The notes beneath the pieces were generated by a model. It saw only the letters and a program-made list of their open reading frames with translations, was not told the origin of the DNA and did not search any database. A program made the position numbers and the translations under genes. 64,000 nt of DNA from an uncultured delta proteobacterium (lineage in GTDB: Bacteria; Myxococcota; Myxococcia; Myxococcales; Anaeromyxobacteraceae): NCBI GenBank assembly GCA_963845515.1, contig CAWJSR010000010.1, positions 64,001-128,000 on the forward strand, given 5' to 3'. Each line of letters opens with the position of its first letter. Position 1 is the first letter of the stretch. Below are positions 51,071-60,273 of this stretch, one piece after another.

Positions 51071-52021
51071 ATGCGCATCTCACGCCGCAGCCTGCTGAAG
51101 GGCGCCGTAGCCGCGGGCTCGACCGCGGTCGTTGCCCGCGACGCGGAGGCGCGCGAGCGCGTCGAGCCGCTCCCGTCAGCCGTCGGCCTGCTGTTCGACT
51201 CCACCCTCTGCGTCGGCTGCCGCGCCTGCCAGACCGCCTGCAAGGCGGCCAATGAGCTGCCGCCAGACCGGGTCTCCGTCGACGGAGCTGCCTACGACGC
51301 CCCCCCGGACCTCAACTCGACGACCAAGACGATCATCAAGGCCGCTCCGGCGGGAGGTGGCCTCGCGTTCATCAAGCAGCAGTGCATGCACTGCGTCGAT
51401 CCGTCCTGCGTCTCGGCCTGCATGCTCGGGGCGCTCCACAAGGAGGGGGCGGGCAGGCGCCACATCGAGGGCGAGCGGAAGGGCACCGGGATCGTCCTGT
51501 ACGACAAGTACACGTGCACCGGCTGCCGCTACTGCCAGATCGCCTGCCCCTTCAACGTCCCGAAGTTCGAGTGGCTCGAGCCCTTCCCGCTGATCGTCAA
51601 GTGCGAGCTCTGCCGGCACCGCGCGGACCCGAAGCGCGAGGGAGCGCTGGCCGTCGCAAATCCCGCCTGCGCCGAGGTCTGCCCGCGGCAGGCGGTGATC
51701 TACGGATACCGGGCGGACCTCCTGGCGGAGGCCAGGCGGCGCCTCGCCTCGGAGCCGCAGCGGTACAACGGCCGCGTGTACGGGGAGACCGACGGCGGCG
51801 GGACGCAGGTCCTCGTCCTCGCCGGCGCGGGCGTCTCCTTCGAGCAGCTGGGGTTGCCGCGCCTGCGGGAGCGCTCGCCGGCCCAGTTCTCGGAGAGCGT
51901 GTCACACGCCCCGTACCTGTATGGCTTCACGCCCATCGCGCTCTACGCCGCGTTCTCGCTGATCATCCTCCGCAACAGGCGCAAGGAGCAGCCCGCGGCG
52001 GAGAAGGAGGAGGGTCCGTAG
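51071..52021 (+). CDS. hybA: Tat-exported 4Fe-4S polyferredoxin, HybA-like
   Basis: SRRSLLK Tat motif; CVGCRACQTAC, CMHCVDPSCVSAC, CTGCRYCQIACP, KCELC, PACAEVCP; C-terminal TM. Confidence 0.82.
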   Translation: MRISRRSLLKGAVAAGSTAVVARDAEARERVEPLPSAVGLLFDSTLCVGCRACQTACKAANELPPDRVSVDGAAYDAPPDLNSTTKTIIKAAPAGGGLAFIKQQCMHCVDPSCVSACMLGALHKEGAGRRHIEGERKGTGIVLYDKYTCTGCRYCQIACPFNVPKFEWLEPFPLIVKCELCRHRADPKREGALAVANPACAEVCPRQAVIYGYRADLLAEARRRLASEPQRYNGRVYGETDGGGTQVLVLAGAGVSFEQLGLPRLRERSPAQFSESVSHAPYLYGFTPIALYAAFSLIILRNRRKEQPAAEKEEGP

Positions 52022-53218
52022 ATGCCCGTCCACGAACGGCCCCGGCCGATCGGGGGCCGGCTGCTCGCCCCCCCGCTGCCGCTCCTCATCGCCGTCTTCG
52101 GCGCCGCGACGCTGGTGATGGCCTACCGCTTCTTCGCCGGCGTCGGCGCCGTCTCGAACATGACCGACGGCTTCACCTGGGGGATCTGGGAGCCGATCAA
52201 CGTCGTGGTCTTCACCGGCATCGGCGCGGGGGCGCTCGCCGTCGGCCTGCTCACCTACCTGGTGAACCGCGGCGAGTATCACCTGCTCGTCCGCCCCTCG
52301 GTGCTCCTGGGCGCGATCTGCTACACGCTCGGCGGCAGCTCGATCATGGTCGCGCTGGGCCGGTACTGGAACGCGCTGCTCATCCCCGTCGTGCCGTTCT
52401 GGAACCTCCGCTCGGCCCTCCTCGAGGTCGCGGTCTGCGTCCTGCTCTACATCATGGTCCTCTGGATCGAGGTCCTGCCGTCGGTACTCGACGGCGCGGC
52501 AGAGAGCCGGTCTCCGCGCTGGTCGGCGATCGGGCGGCGGTGGGGGGCGCGGCTCGCGAAGGCGATGCCCTTCGTGGTCGCCCTCGCGATCGTGCTGCCG
52601 GTCATGCACCAGAGCTCCCTCGGCGGCCTCATGCTCATCGCAGAGACCAAGGTGCACCCGCTCTGGCATACGGCGCTCCTCCCCGCGCTCTTCCTCGTCT
52701 CCTGCATCTCGATGGGCTACGGCGCGGTGGTGGCCCTCTGCACCATCCTCGAGGTCAGCTGGCGCTCGAGGTACGACCTCGGGCTCCTCGCGAAGCTGTC
52801 GCAGGTGAACGCGGGGATCCTCTTCTTCTACGTCGCGCTCCGCACGGCCGACGTGGTCTGGAGCGGCAAGCTCCACCGGCTCGCGTTCGACGGGTTCACC
52901 GCCCTGTTCCTGCTGGAGCTGGCGCTCTTCCTCGCGCCCGCGGTCCTCTTCCTGCGCCCCTCGGTTCGGCGGAACCGGGGCAAGCTGTTCGGGGCCGCGC
53001 TGCTGGCCGTCGCGGCCGGCGCCGTCTACAGGATTGACACCTACATCACCGTCTACCGCCCGGGGCCGGGTTGGGTCTACTTCCCATCGCTCGGCGAGAT
53101 CACCGTCACGATCGGGATGGCAGCGCTCGGCATCGCGCTCTTCATCCTCATCAGCCGGCTCTTCCCCATCATCGTCGTCGAGGAGGGGACCGCGCCCCAA
53201 GCCGCCCGGCCGACGTAG
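52022..53218 (+). CDS. hybB: NrfD/HybB-like quinone-interacting membrane subunit
   Basis: SNMTDGFTWGIW, LGRYWN, SALLEV, MHQSSLG, HPLW, YFPSLGE. Confidence 0.82.
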   Translation: MPVHERPRPIGGRLLAPPLPLLIAVFGAATLVMAYRFFAGVGAVSNMTDGFTWGIWEPINVVVFTGIGAGALAVGLLTYLVNRGEYHLLVRPSVLLGAICYTLGGSSIMVALGRYWNALLIPVVPFWNLRSALLEVAVCVLLYIMVLWIEVLPSVLDGAAESRSPRWSAIGRRWGARLAKAMPFVVALAIVLPVMHQSSLGGLMLIAETKVHPLWHTALLPALFLVSCISMGYGAVVALCTILEVSWRSRYDLGLLAKLSQVNAGILFFYVALRTADVVWSGKLHRLAFDGFTALFLLELALFLAPAVLFLRPSVRRNRGKLFGAALLAVAAGAVYRIDTYITVYRPGPGWVYFPSLGEITVTIGMAALGIALFILISRLFPIIVVEEGTAPQAARPT

Positions 53219-53231
53219 GGCGGGACCGCAG

Positions 53232-55134
53232 ATCGGGATAGGGGGTAGCCGGAAGTCCCGGCTACTCCCCTCCCACACCACCGGACGTGCGGGTCCGCAT
53301 CCGGCGGTTCGAGCGGTTGAGGTCAGCTCGCAAGCCTCGGGACTCCTGCACGGTCGTAGTAGCGCGTTGGGCAGTGCGATGTGGATGCGCCTTGCTCGCG
53401 TTCCTCCACCAGCGGCGGGCGTTGGCGGCCACCTGCGGCCGCGACGTCGGGGCTCATGCCTCGTGGCCCGCAGCTCGCGGTAGACGGTCGTGCCTCGTTT
53501 CCACTGCTTGAGTTGCACGACGCCGCAGCCGGTGACGGATCCACTCGTCGAGGTCGCTGAAGCACGCGCGGCGTCTCCGCCAGCCGGAAGTACGCCTTCC
53601 AGCCGACGAGGTAGCCCCGCAGCTCCGCGAACACCGATCGTCATGGACCTGCCCCCGTTCCGGGCGGTGATCTCCCGGACCCGCTCCTTCATCGCCTCAA
53701 GGGCCTTGCGGCGCGACGCGCCGCCTGACCTGCCGTCCCGGCGGCCACCCAGAAGCTGTAGCCGAGGAATTTGCGGTCCCACGGGCGCGCCACCGCGCTC
53801 TTCGCCTCGTTGACCCGGAGCCGGAGCCGCGCGTAGAGCCGCCGCAGCGTCTCCATCACTCGCTCGCCCGCCCGCCTCGACCGCACGTACACGTTGCAGT
53901 CGTCGGCGTAGCGCACGAAGGCGTGCCCGCGCTTCTCCAGCTCCTTGTCCACTTCGTCGAGGAGCACGTTCGCCAGGAGCGGCGAGAGCGGGCCGCCTTG
54001 CGGCGTCCCCTCGTGCCTCTCCACCACCACCCCGTTCACCATGACGCCGGCTTCGAGGTAGCGCCGAATCAGCCCCAGCATCCGCTTGTCCGCGATCCGC
54101 TTCGCCAGCCTCCCCATCAGCACGTCGTGGTTCACGCGGTCGAAGAACTTCTCGAGGTCCACGTCCACCACCACACGGCGCCCGCCCTGGATGTACCGCT
54201 GCGCCTCGCACACGGCGTCGTGCGCGCTGCGTCCAGGTCGGAAACCGTGGCTGTGCTCGGAGAAGGTCGGGTCGAACCTCGGCTGCAAGCACCTGCAGGA
54301 TGGCCTGCTGGATGAACCGGTCGAGCACCGTCGGGATCCCGAGCTCTCGGACCCCGCCGCCGCTCTTCGGGATCTCCTGCCGCTTCACCGGCTTCGGCTG
54401 GTAGGTCCCCGCGAGCAGCTGCTCCCGGATCGCCTCCCAGTGCTCGCGCCAGATACTCCGGCAGCTCCTCCACGGTCATCCCGTCGATGCCGGGACTGCC
54501 CTTGTTCTGCTTCACGCGCTTCAGCGCCGCCTTGGCGTTGCCGCGCTCGACCACCTCTTCCATCAGGCGGTCCGTTCCTGAGCGCTCGTTTCCGTTCGCC
54601 GCCGTCGGCGCTTCGCCGCTCCGCTGGCCCTCGGGGCTTCACCCCTACCCTCCAGCGGGAGCTCCAGTTGCCTGGCCTTCTGGCGCATGGCGTCTCCGAG
54701 ACTCACGGTCGTTCCGCCCTCCTGCTCGTTCGGCCCTTCGCGCCGTCGTGGCCCTCGGCTTCCGGTAGGCGGTCGCCGTCCCTGTCCGGCTTCCACGGCC
54801 GCTACTACGGCCTCTGCTGACTTCTCGCTCCGCCTCTCGGCGTCGCCCTTTCAGGCGCGAGGCGAGATCTCCCCAGGTAAGGGTTCGTGGCTTTCACCGC
54901 ACAGCCGCCGGATCTACGCCACCGACCTTTGGTCGCGAGAGCTTCGCGGTCACGTGCCCGCTCGCCCTGCTCGGCGCCGCCTCGTATCCGGTTCCTGTTC
55001 GTCGGCTCGCGGTTTCGCTCCCCGCTTCTTTCAGCGCCTCCCTCGCGGTCGGCACCTTGCGGTTCGCTCGGGGTCCCTGCGACCAGGTTCCCCAGAGGAC
55101 TTTCACCTCCAAGTCACGCCCATGCTGGGCACAC
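53232..55134 (-). mobile_element. Group II intron, class C (IIC), about 1.9 kb
   Basis: 5' end GTGTGCCCAGCATGGGCG; domain V GAACCGCCGGATGCGGACCCGCACGTCCGGTGGTGT; domain VI hairpin ending TATCCCGAT; internal RT; sits just after a terminator stem. Confidence 0.92.
53323..54688 (-). pseudogene. ltrA: Intron-encoded reverse transcriptase/maturase, multiply frameshifted as sequenced
   Basis: NKGSPGIDG, IPKSGGGVRELGIPTVLDR, SHGFRPGRS, DLEKFFD, GTPQGGPLSPLLAN, RYADD, FLGYSF; pieces lie in different frames; no endonuclease domain. Confidence 0.88.
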
Positions 55135-55140
55135 ACGCAA

Positions 55141-55171
55141 GGAGCCGGGGCGCGTTAGCGCTCCCGGCTCC
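55141..55171 (-). terminator. Intrinsic terminator-like hairpin, target of the IIC intron
   Basis: GGAGCCGGG-AGCGC-TAAC-GCGC-CCCGGCTCC followed by TTGCGT, then the intron 5' end. Confidence 0.75.
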
Positions 55172-55202
55172 TCCGATCCGCTTCCACGTGCTGGCTGCGA
55201 CG

Positions 55203-55316
55203 CTACTTGCGCTTGCGCTTCACGGAGAGGGCGCGCTTCCGCTTCGCCGCGACGCGCTTCACCTTGCTCCGGTTCGAGTTCTTCTTCTTCGAGCGATTGC
55301 CCTTGATGGCGGCCAT
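55203..55316 (-). CDS. Uncalled 37-aa highly basic protein MAAIKGNRSKKKNSNRSKVKRVAAKRKRALSVKRKRK
   Basis: AGGAGGAGG SD, upstream promoter, downstream terminator, GC-rich third positions. Confidence 0.82.
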   Translation of the reverse strand: MAAIKGNRSKKKNSNRSKVKRVAAKRKRALSVKRKRK

Positions 55317-55352
55317 GTCGTTCCTCCTCCTACTGGGTTCGAAAACGGGCGC

Positions 55353-55380
55353 AGTCTAACCGCGATGCGCAGGAGGTCAA
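55353..55380 (-). promoter_or_regulatory. Putative sigma70 promoter of the small basic protein
   Basis: TTGACC-N16-TAGACT. Confidence 0.55.
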
Positions 55381-55399
55381 CCCCTGCGGCCGGTGGCGC

Positions 55400-56503
55400 T
55401 CACTCCAGCCAGTCCTTCTCCTTCAGCTTCCTCGGCAGGTACTCCTCCGTGATGAAGCTGATGCCGCGGCGGGAGAGGGCCTCGAGCTCGAACTTCACGC
55501 CCGACTTCACCATCTCCTGGATCTCCTGCTGCCACTGCTTCGCCTTGAACCACGGGTAGGCGAGCATCTGCTTCGCGCGCTCGTTGTCCTTGTCGTTCAT
55601 CTTGATCGCGACGTTGGACGGGAGCTTGTAGGTGAGCTTGTCGAACGAGGAGAGGCCGATGAACCGGGCGGCGGGGACCGCCATGCGCATCGACTCGTAC
55701 GCCAGGTTGATCGAGCCCTGCTTGAGCACGGAGTAGATGTAGAAGCCCCATGGGTCGTTGTCGACGAGGACGTAGACCGGCAGCCCCAGCTCGGAGTGGA
55801 GCCGCTGGACGAGCCGGCGCACGCCGCGCGGCGGCTGCCCCTGGCCGGTGACGATGATGCACTTCTCGCGCTGCCAGTACTTGTCCTCGTTGAAGCGCTT
55901 CCAGACCGCGTCCTTCTCGACCAGGAGTACGTACTTCGCCTCGCACTTCCCGAGCTGGACGACGTGCTCCTCCACGATCGACGGGACCGACCAGCCGCCG
56001 GAGCCCATCCGGCGGAGGTCGATGGTGTCGCCGGAGTCGCGGATGGTCAGCGGCCCGACCATCGAGCCGCGCCCGGTGGCGAAGAGGTGCAGCTCCTCGC
56101 GCAGCGAGTCGATGGCGACCTCGAGGTCCTCGATGATCGGATCCGACTCCTCCTGCTCCTCGAAGGTGTTCTGCTTCGTCTCCCCGAGGGTGTGCTTCGT
56201 CATGTAGTAGAGGTCGCGGATGCTGGTCGTCTTCCCCGACTCGATCAGCTCCCTGCAGGCGTCGGACACCAGGAACGTCTGCATGAACTTCTTCGCCATG
56301 CCGACGTTGAAGAAGTAGCGCTTCTGGCGCTCGCTCCCGAGCTCGACCAGCCGCTTCTTCTCGTTGAAGCGGACGTTGGCGAGCGAGCGGATCGGGATCT
56401 CGACGAAGGGGTTCTGCCCCCCCTTCACGCTCTTCAGCACCGTCTCGGCGAGCTTCTCGATCTTCTGGATGGTCTTCTTGTCGGTCGCGTCGAGCCTGGC
56501 CAT
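55400..56503 (-). CDS. top6A: DNA topoisomerase VI subunit A (Spo11-like)
   Basis: IRDLYY catalytic Tyr motif, EQEESD, LLVEKDAV, GQGQP, DNDPWG, KFELEAL. Confidence 0.92.
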   Translation of the reverse strand: MARLDATDKKTIQKIEKLAETVLKSVKGGQNPFVEIPIRSLANVRFNEKKRLVELGSERQKRYFFNVGMAKKFMQTFLVSDACRELIESGKTTSIRDLYYMTKHTLGETKQNTFEEQEESDPIIEDLEVAIDSLREELHLFATGRGSMVGPLTIRDSGDTIDLRRMGSGGWSVPSIVEEHVVQLGKCEAKYVLLVEKDAVWKRFNEDKYWQREKCIIVTGQGQPPRGVRRLVQRLHSELGLPVYVLVDNDPWGFYIYSVLKQGSINLAYESMRMAVPAARFIGLSSFDKLTYKLPSNVAIKMNDKDNERAKQMLAYPWFKAKQWQQEIQEMVKSGVKFELEALSRRGISFITEEYLPRKLKEKDWLE

Positions 56504-56506
56504 CGG

Positions 56507-58576
56507 CTACTCCCCTTCGTCCTCGCCCCGGCGCGGGCGCTTCGTGTTCTTCTTCGACACGGCTTCGGGCGCCGCGTCCAGCTCGGCTTCGGCGAGCTCG
56601 GCCTCCGTCACCTTGTTGGCGACCCTGATGAACTCGCGGCGGATGGGGTCGGGGCTCTTGTCGGTGATCTTCCCGATCGAGGTCGCCACCTCGTGGATGT
56701 AGAGCTCGAAGATGGAGCGGCGCTGCGCCTGGTAGTCGGCGTGCTTCTTCTTGCGGATGTGGGCCGCGAGCTTGCGGCCGCACTCCTGGGCGGCGAGCTG
56801 GATCTCCTTCGTGATCTCCGGGTAGTGGGCGACGGCCTCCTTCGCCTCGCTGGTGAACGGCACCCAGACCGACGCGATGTGGACCAGGAGCGCCATCGGC
56901 CCCACCGGGAGGGAGCCCTTCGGCTGCGACAGGAGGTAGTTGCGCCAGTCGGTCTTCACGACCGCCTCCGTCATGCCGCAGGCCCCCTTCTGGAAGAGGA
57001 GCGGCACGCGGTTGGCGAAGCGGAAGAGCTCGACCGGCTTGTCGGCCGGCCAGCTGCCGCCGTAGGCGAGCCCGACCTCCACCTGGAACGGGTTGCCGCG
57101 GTAGACCTTGGGCGGGCGCGTGACGGTGGCGATGAAGTAGTTGTGCCCCTTGATCTTCTCGACCCCCTCCTCGGGGGGCGCGTCGGGCACCTCCGGCGCC
57201 GCGGCCTTCGCAGCCTTCTCCTTCTTCGACGACCTCTTCTTCGACGCGGTGTCGAGGTCGAGCTGCTCGTCCGCCTCGGGCCCCTCGGTCTCGACGACGC
57301 TCAGGAAGGAGATGAGCCCGCGCTTCATCAGCTCGTCGCCGATGGGCGACAGGCAGTGGGTCGGCGGGTTCATGATCCGCGTCTCGACGATCGCCTTGTG
57401 GAGCCGCTCGGCCAGCTCGCGATCCTCGGCGAGGTCGCGCGGCCGGACACGCCCCTTGAAGGCGGCCCGCTTCACGATCGCGTCCGCGACCGACCCGGAG
57501 ACTCGCGAGAAGGCGGACTTCAAGAAACCCTGGACGTCGTGGCTCTTCGAGTCCCCCGCCATGATCATGAGGGCGCCCAGCTCGACGCCGTGCGGGTGCG
57601 GCTTGATCTCCGTCGCCTCCTTGGGGAGCTCCTCGGTGGCCCGCGGGAAGGAGAGCGGCGCGGCCCGGGGCCGAAGGTAGTGGAGCGTGCAGTGCGGGTT
57701 GGAGAGGGCCGTGTGCTCGACGTAGCGGTTCACGTAGCGCTGGCCGGTGCGCCAGTCCGCAACGATCTCGAGCTCGACGCGGGTGCCGTGGTCCTGGTGC
57801 CAGGCGTCGAGCTGCTCGTCGCGCGTGACGACCGGGTTGTTCTTCCGCGTGTCGATCTGGATGTCGAAGTCGTGCGCCGGCTTCCCCTTGCCGACGCGCG
57901 AGGTGACGCGGATCGGCTTGCCGGTCGTGAGCTGGCCGTACATCGCCGCGGCGCTGATGCCGATCCCCTGCTGGCCGCGGGACTGCTTCAGCCGGTGGAA
58001 CTTGGAGCCGTAGAGGAGCTTCCCGAAGATCTTCGGGACCTGCGCCTTCACGATCCCGGGGCCGTTGTCCTCGATGACGACGACGAAGCGCCCCTCCCCC
58101 TTCGTCAGCTCCCCCTCGCCCTTCGCGTCGAGGCCGAGGTCGCGGACCTCGATGGTGATCTCGGGGAGGATCCCGGCCTCCTCGCAGGCGTCGAGCGAGT
58201 TGTCGACCGCCTCCTTGATGGTCGTGAGGAGCGCCTTGGAGGGGTTGTCGAAGCCGAGCAGGTGCCGGTTCTTGGTGAAGAACTCGGAGATGGAGATCTC
58301 GCGCTGCTTCGTCGCCATCTGCTCGGCCGTGGCGCGCCGCCGGGTCTTCTCGGGCGACGGCTCGACCGCGGGCTCCGGGATCAGCTCCGGCTGCCGCTGC
58401 GCGGACTCCCGCTTCGCCCTGCGCGCCGGCTTCGCGAGCGGCGCCTGGGCGCTCGCCCCCTTCCGCGCCGGGGGGAGCGCGACCAGCTCGAGCTGCGCCC
58501 CTCCCCGGGCTCCGGCCTTCGCCCCGCCCCTGGCCTTGCCCGACCTCTTCGAGAGCTCCGCTTTCCTCGCCGCCAT
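56507..58576 (-). CDS. top6B: DNA topoisomerase VI subunit B
   Basis: ISISEFFTKN, KEAVDNSLDACEE, EDNGPG, GSKFH..QSRGQQGIG, RFANRVPLL, VPFTSEAKE. Confidence 0.94.
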   Translation of the reverse strand: MAARKAELSKRSGKARGGAKAGARGGAQLELVALPPARKGASAQAPLAKPARRAKRESAQRQPELIPEPAVEPSPEKTRRRATAEQMATKQREISISEFFTKNRHLLGFDNPSKALLTTIKEAVDNSLDACEEAGILPEITIEVRDLGLDAKGEGELTKGEGRFVVVIEDNGPGIVKAQVPKIFGKLLYGSKFHRLKQSRGQQGIGISAAAMYGQLTTGKPIRVTSRVGKGKPAHDFDIQIDTRKNNPVVTRDEQLDAWHQDHGTRVELEIVADWRTGQRYVNRYVEHTALSNPHCTLHYLRPRAAPLSFPRATEELPKEATEIKPHPHGVELGALMIMAGDSKSHDVQGFLKSAFSRVSGSVADAIVKRAAFKGRVRPRDLAEDRELAERLHKAIVETRIMNPPTHCLSPIGDELMKRGLISFLSVVETEGPEADEQLDLDTASKKRSSKKEKAAKAAAPEVPDAPPEEGVEKIKGHNYFIATVTRPPKVYRGNPFQVEVGLAYGGSWPADKPVELFRFANRVPLLFQKGACGMTEAVVKTDWRNYLLSQPKGSLPVGPMALLVHIASVWVPFTSEAKEAVAHYPEITKEIQLAAQECGRKLAAHIRKKKHADYQAQRRSIFELYIHEVATSIGKITDKSPDPIRREFIRVANKVTEAELAEAELDAAPEAVSKKNTKRPRRGEDEGE

Positions 58577-58688
58577 CACGCCCATCCCCTTGCGATATCG
58601 CCCGCTTGCACTTAGCACGGCGCGGGATCGGGCGGAAGAAAGCGACCGCTCGGATTGACCTGCGCTCCCGAGTGGTTACAGGTACACC

Positions 58689-59633
58689 ATGCCCTTCGAG
58701 ACCCCCTCCGTTCCCCGCGGGATGCAGCCGGGCCGCACCGGCTCCGCCGGCTTCGGCCGCGGATACCTCAAGACCACGATGCTGATGGCCTTCCTGGTCG
58801 CCCTCCTCGCGATCGGCGGCCAGATGTACGGCGGCGCCGGCGGGATGCTCCTCTTCGGCGGCATCGGCATCGTCTTCAACTTCGTCTCATACTGGTTCTC
58901 CGACAAGATCGCCCTGATGGCGCACCGGGCGCAGCCGGTGACCCGCCAGCAGCTCCCCGAGCTCTACGAGGTAGTGGAGCGGCTCACGCGCAAGGCGGGG
59001 ATGCCCATGCCGCGCGTCTACGTCATCCCGTCGCCCACGCCGAACGCCTTCGCGACCGGGCGCAACCCCGAGCACGCAGCCGTGGCGGTCACCGAGGGGA
59101 TCCTCCGGATCCTCGACAGGCGCCAGCTCGAGGGGGTCATCGCCCACGAGCTGGCCCATGTCCGGAACCGCGACATCCTCATCGCCACCATCGCCGCGTC
59201 GGTGGCGGGGCTCGTCTCGGCCCTGGGTCACGCGATCCAGTGGGGCGCGTGGCTCGGGATGGGCCGCAGCAACGACGACGAGGGGGGCGGCGCGGGCGGC
59301 GCGATCGGCGCGCTCGTCTGGGCGCTCCTCGCGCCGATCATCGCCATGGTCGTCCAGCTCGCGGTCTCCCGCTCGCGCGAGTATGGCGCCGACGCCAGCG
59401 GCGCGGAGCTCGTCGGAGACCCGATGCCGCTCGCCGACGCCCTCCTGACCCTGGAGCACGGCAACCAGGTCCGGCCGTACGACTTCGCCGGCCCCGCGAC
59501 CGCCCATCTCTTCATCGTCAACCCGTTCCGCGGCCTCGGCGGCGCGATGCTCTCGCTCTTCTCCACCCACCCCCCGGTCGAGGAGCGCGTGCGGCGGCTC
59601 CGCGAGATGCGCGGCGGCGTCCGGGTGGGCTGA
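58689..59633 (+). CDS. htpX: Zinc metalloprotease HtpX
   Basis: YWFSDKIAL, PNAFATGRNP, HELAHVRNRD, SRSREYGAD, LFSTHPP. Confidence 0.94.
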   Translation: MPFETPSVPRGMQPGRTGSAGFGRGYLKTTMLMAFLVALLAIGGQMYGGAGGMLLFGGIGIVFNFVSYWFSDKIALMAHRAQPVTRQQLPELYEVVERLTRKAGMPMPRVYVIPSPTPNAFATGRNPEHAAVAVTEGILRILDRRQLEGVIAHELAHVRNRDILIATIAASVAGLVSALGHAIQWGAWLGMGRSNDDEGGGAGGAIGALVWALLAPIIAMVVQLAVSRSREYGADASGAELVGDPMPLADALLTLEHGNQVRPYDFAGPATAHLFIVNPFRGLGGAMLSLFSTHPPVEERVRRLREMRGGVRVG

Positions 59634-59676
59634 GTCGGGGGATCCGCGGGGGCGTGCCGCGGTACACTCGCCGGGC

Positions 59677-60214
59677 ATGCTCGAGATCCAGACCGTCGCG
59701 ATCCTCGGTGCGGCCGCGACGCGGTCCGGGTCGCCCTGCTCTCCTCGCTCGCCGGACTGGACGTCCGGCTCGCAGACGAGGAGCCCGATGCGCTGGACGC
59801 CGCGTTCCGCGAGCTGCGCCACGAGGTGGAGGAGGCGCTGGCCGACGGGCGGATCGGGCGCGACGACCGGCAGCGGATCCTCGACGGCATCCTCGTCACG
59901 CCCGGTCCTCGACGAGGCGGTGGTCGGCGCGGACCTGGTCTTCGCCGCCGGGGCGATCGGACGCCGCGGCAGCGCGCCGGCGCTCCTGCTGCGTCGGCGC
60001 TCGCTACCGGGCCACGACGCTCCTCGCGGCGGCGCTCGATCCGTCGGCGATCGCGACGGGGACTGCCGCAGCCCGGGCGCGTCGTCTGCGCTCTCGCTGG
60101 ACGAGCGACGGGGCGCTCCCTACGCACCGTCGGGGCAGCGGACCGCGGACCACCGCGCACGCCCGCGCGCGCGGCGAGTCCGGTTCGCCGAGCGGATCGG
60201 CGGGCGGCGGGTGA
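59677..60214 (+). pseudogene. 3-hydroxyacyl-CoA dehydrogenase NAD-binding-like fragment, multiply frameshifted; end approximate
   Basis: IQTVAILGA.., EEALADGRI..RQRILDGI, LDEAVVGADLVF spread over different frames. Confidence 0.5.
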
Positions 60215-60273
60215 GCCCCGGTGAGGACACGACCCTCCCACCGCGCTGCGGCCGGGGAGGGTCCGCGCGGGGG

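Noticed and set aside
53323..54688. RT as part of a retron, DGR or CRISPR-associated system
   Set aside because: It is enclosed by group II intron ends and domains V/VI; no template/variable repeats, msr-msd or cas genes are seen
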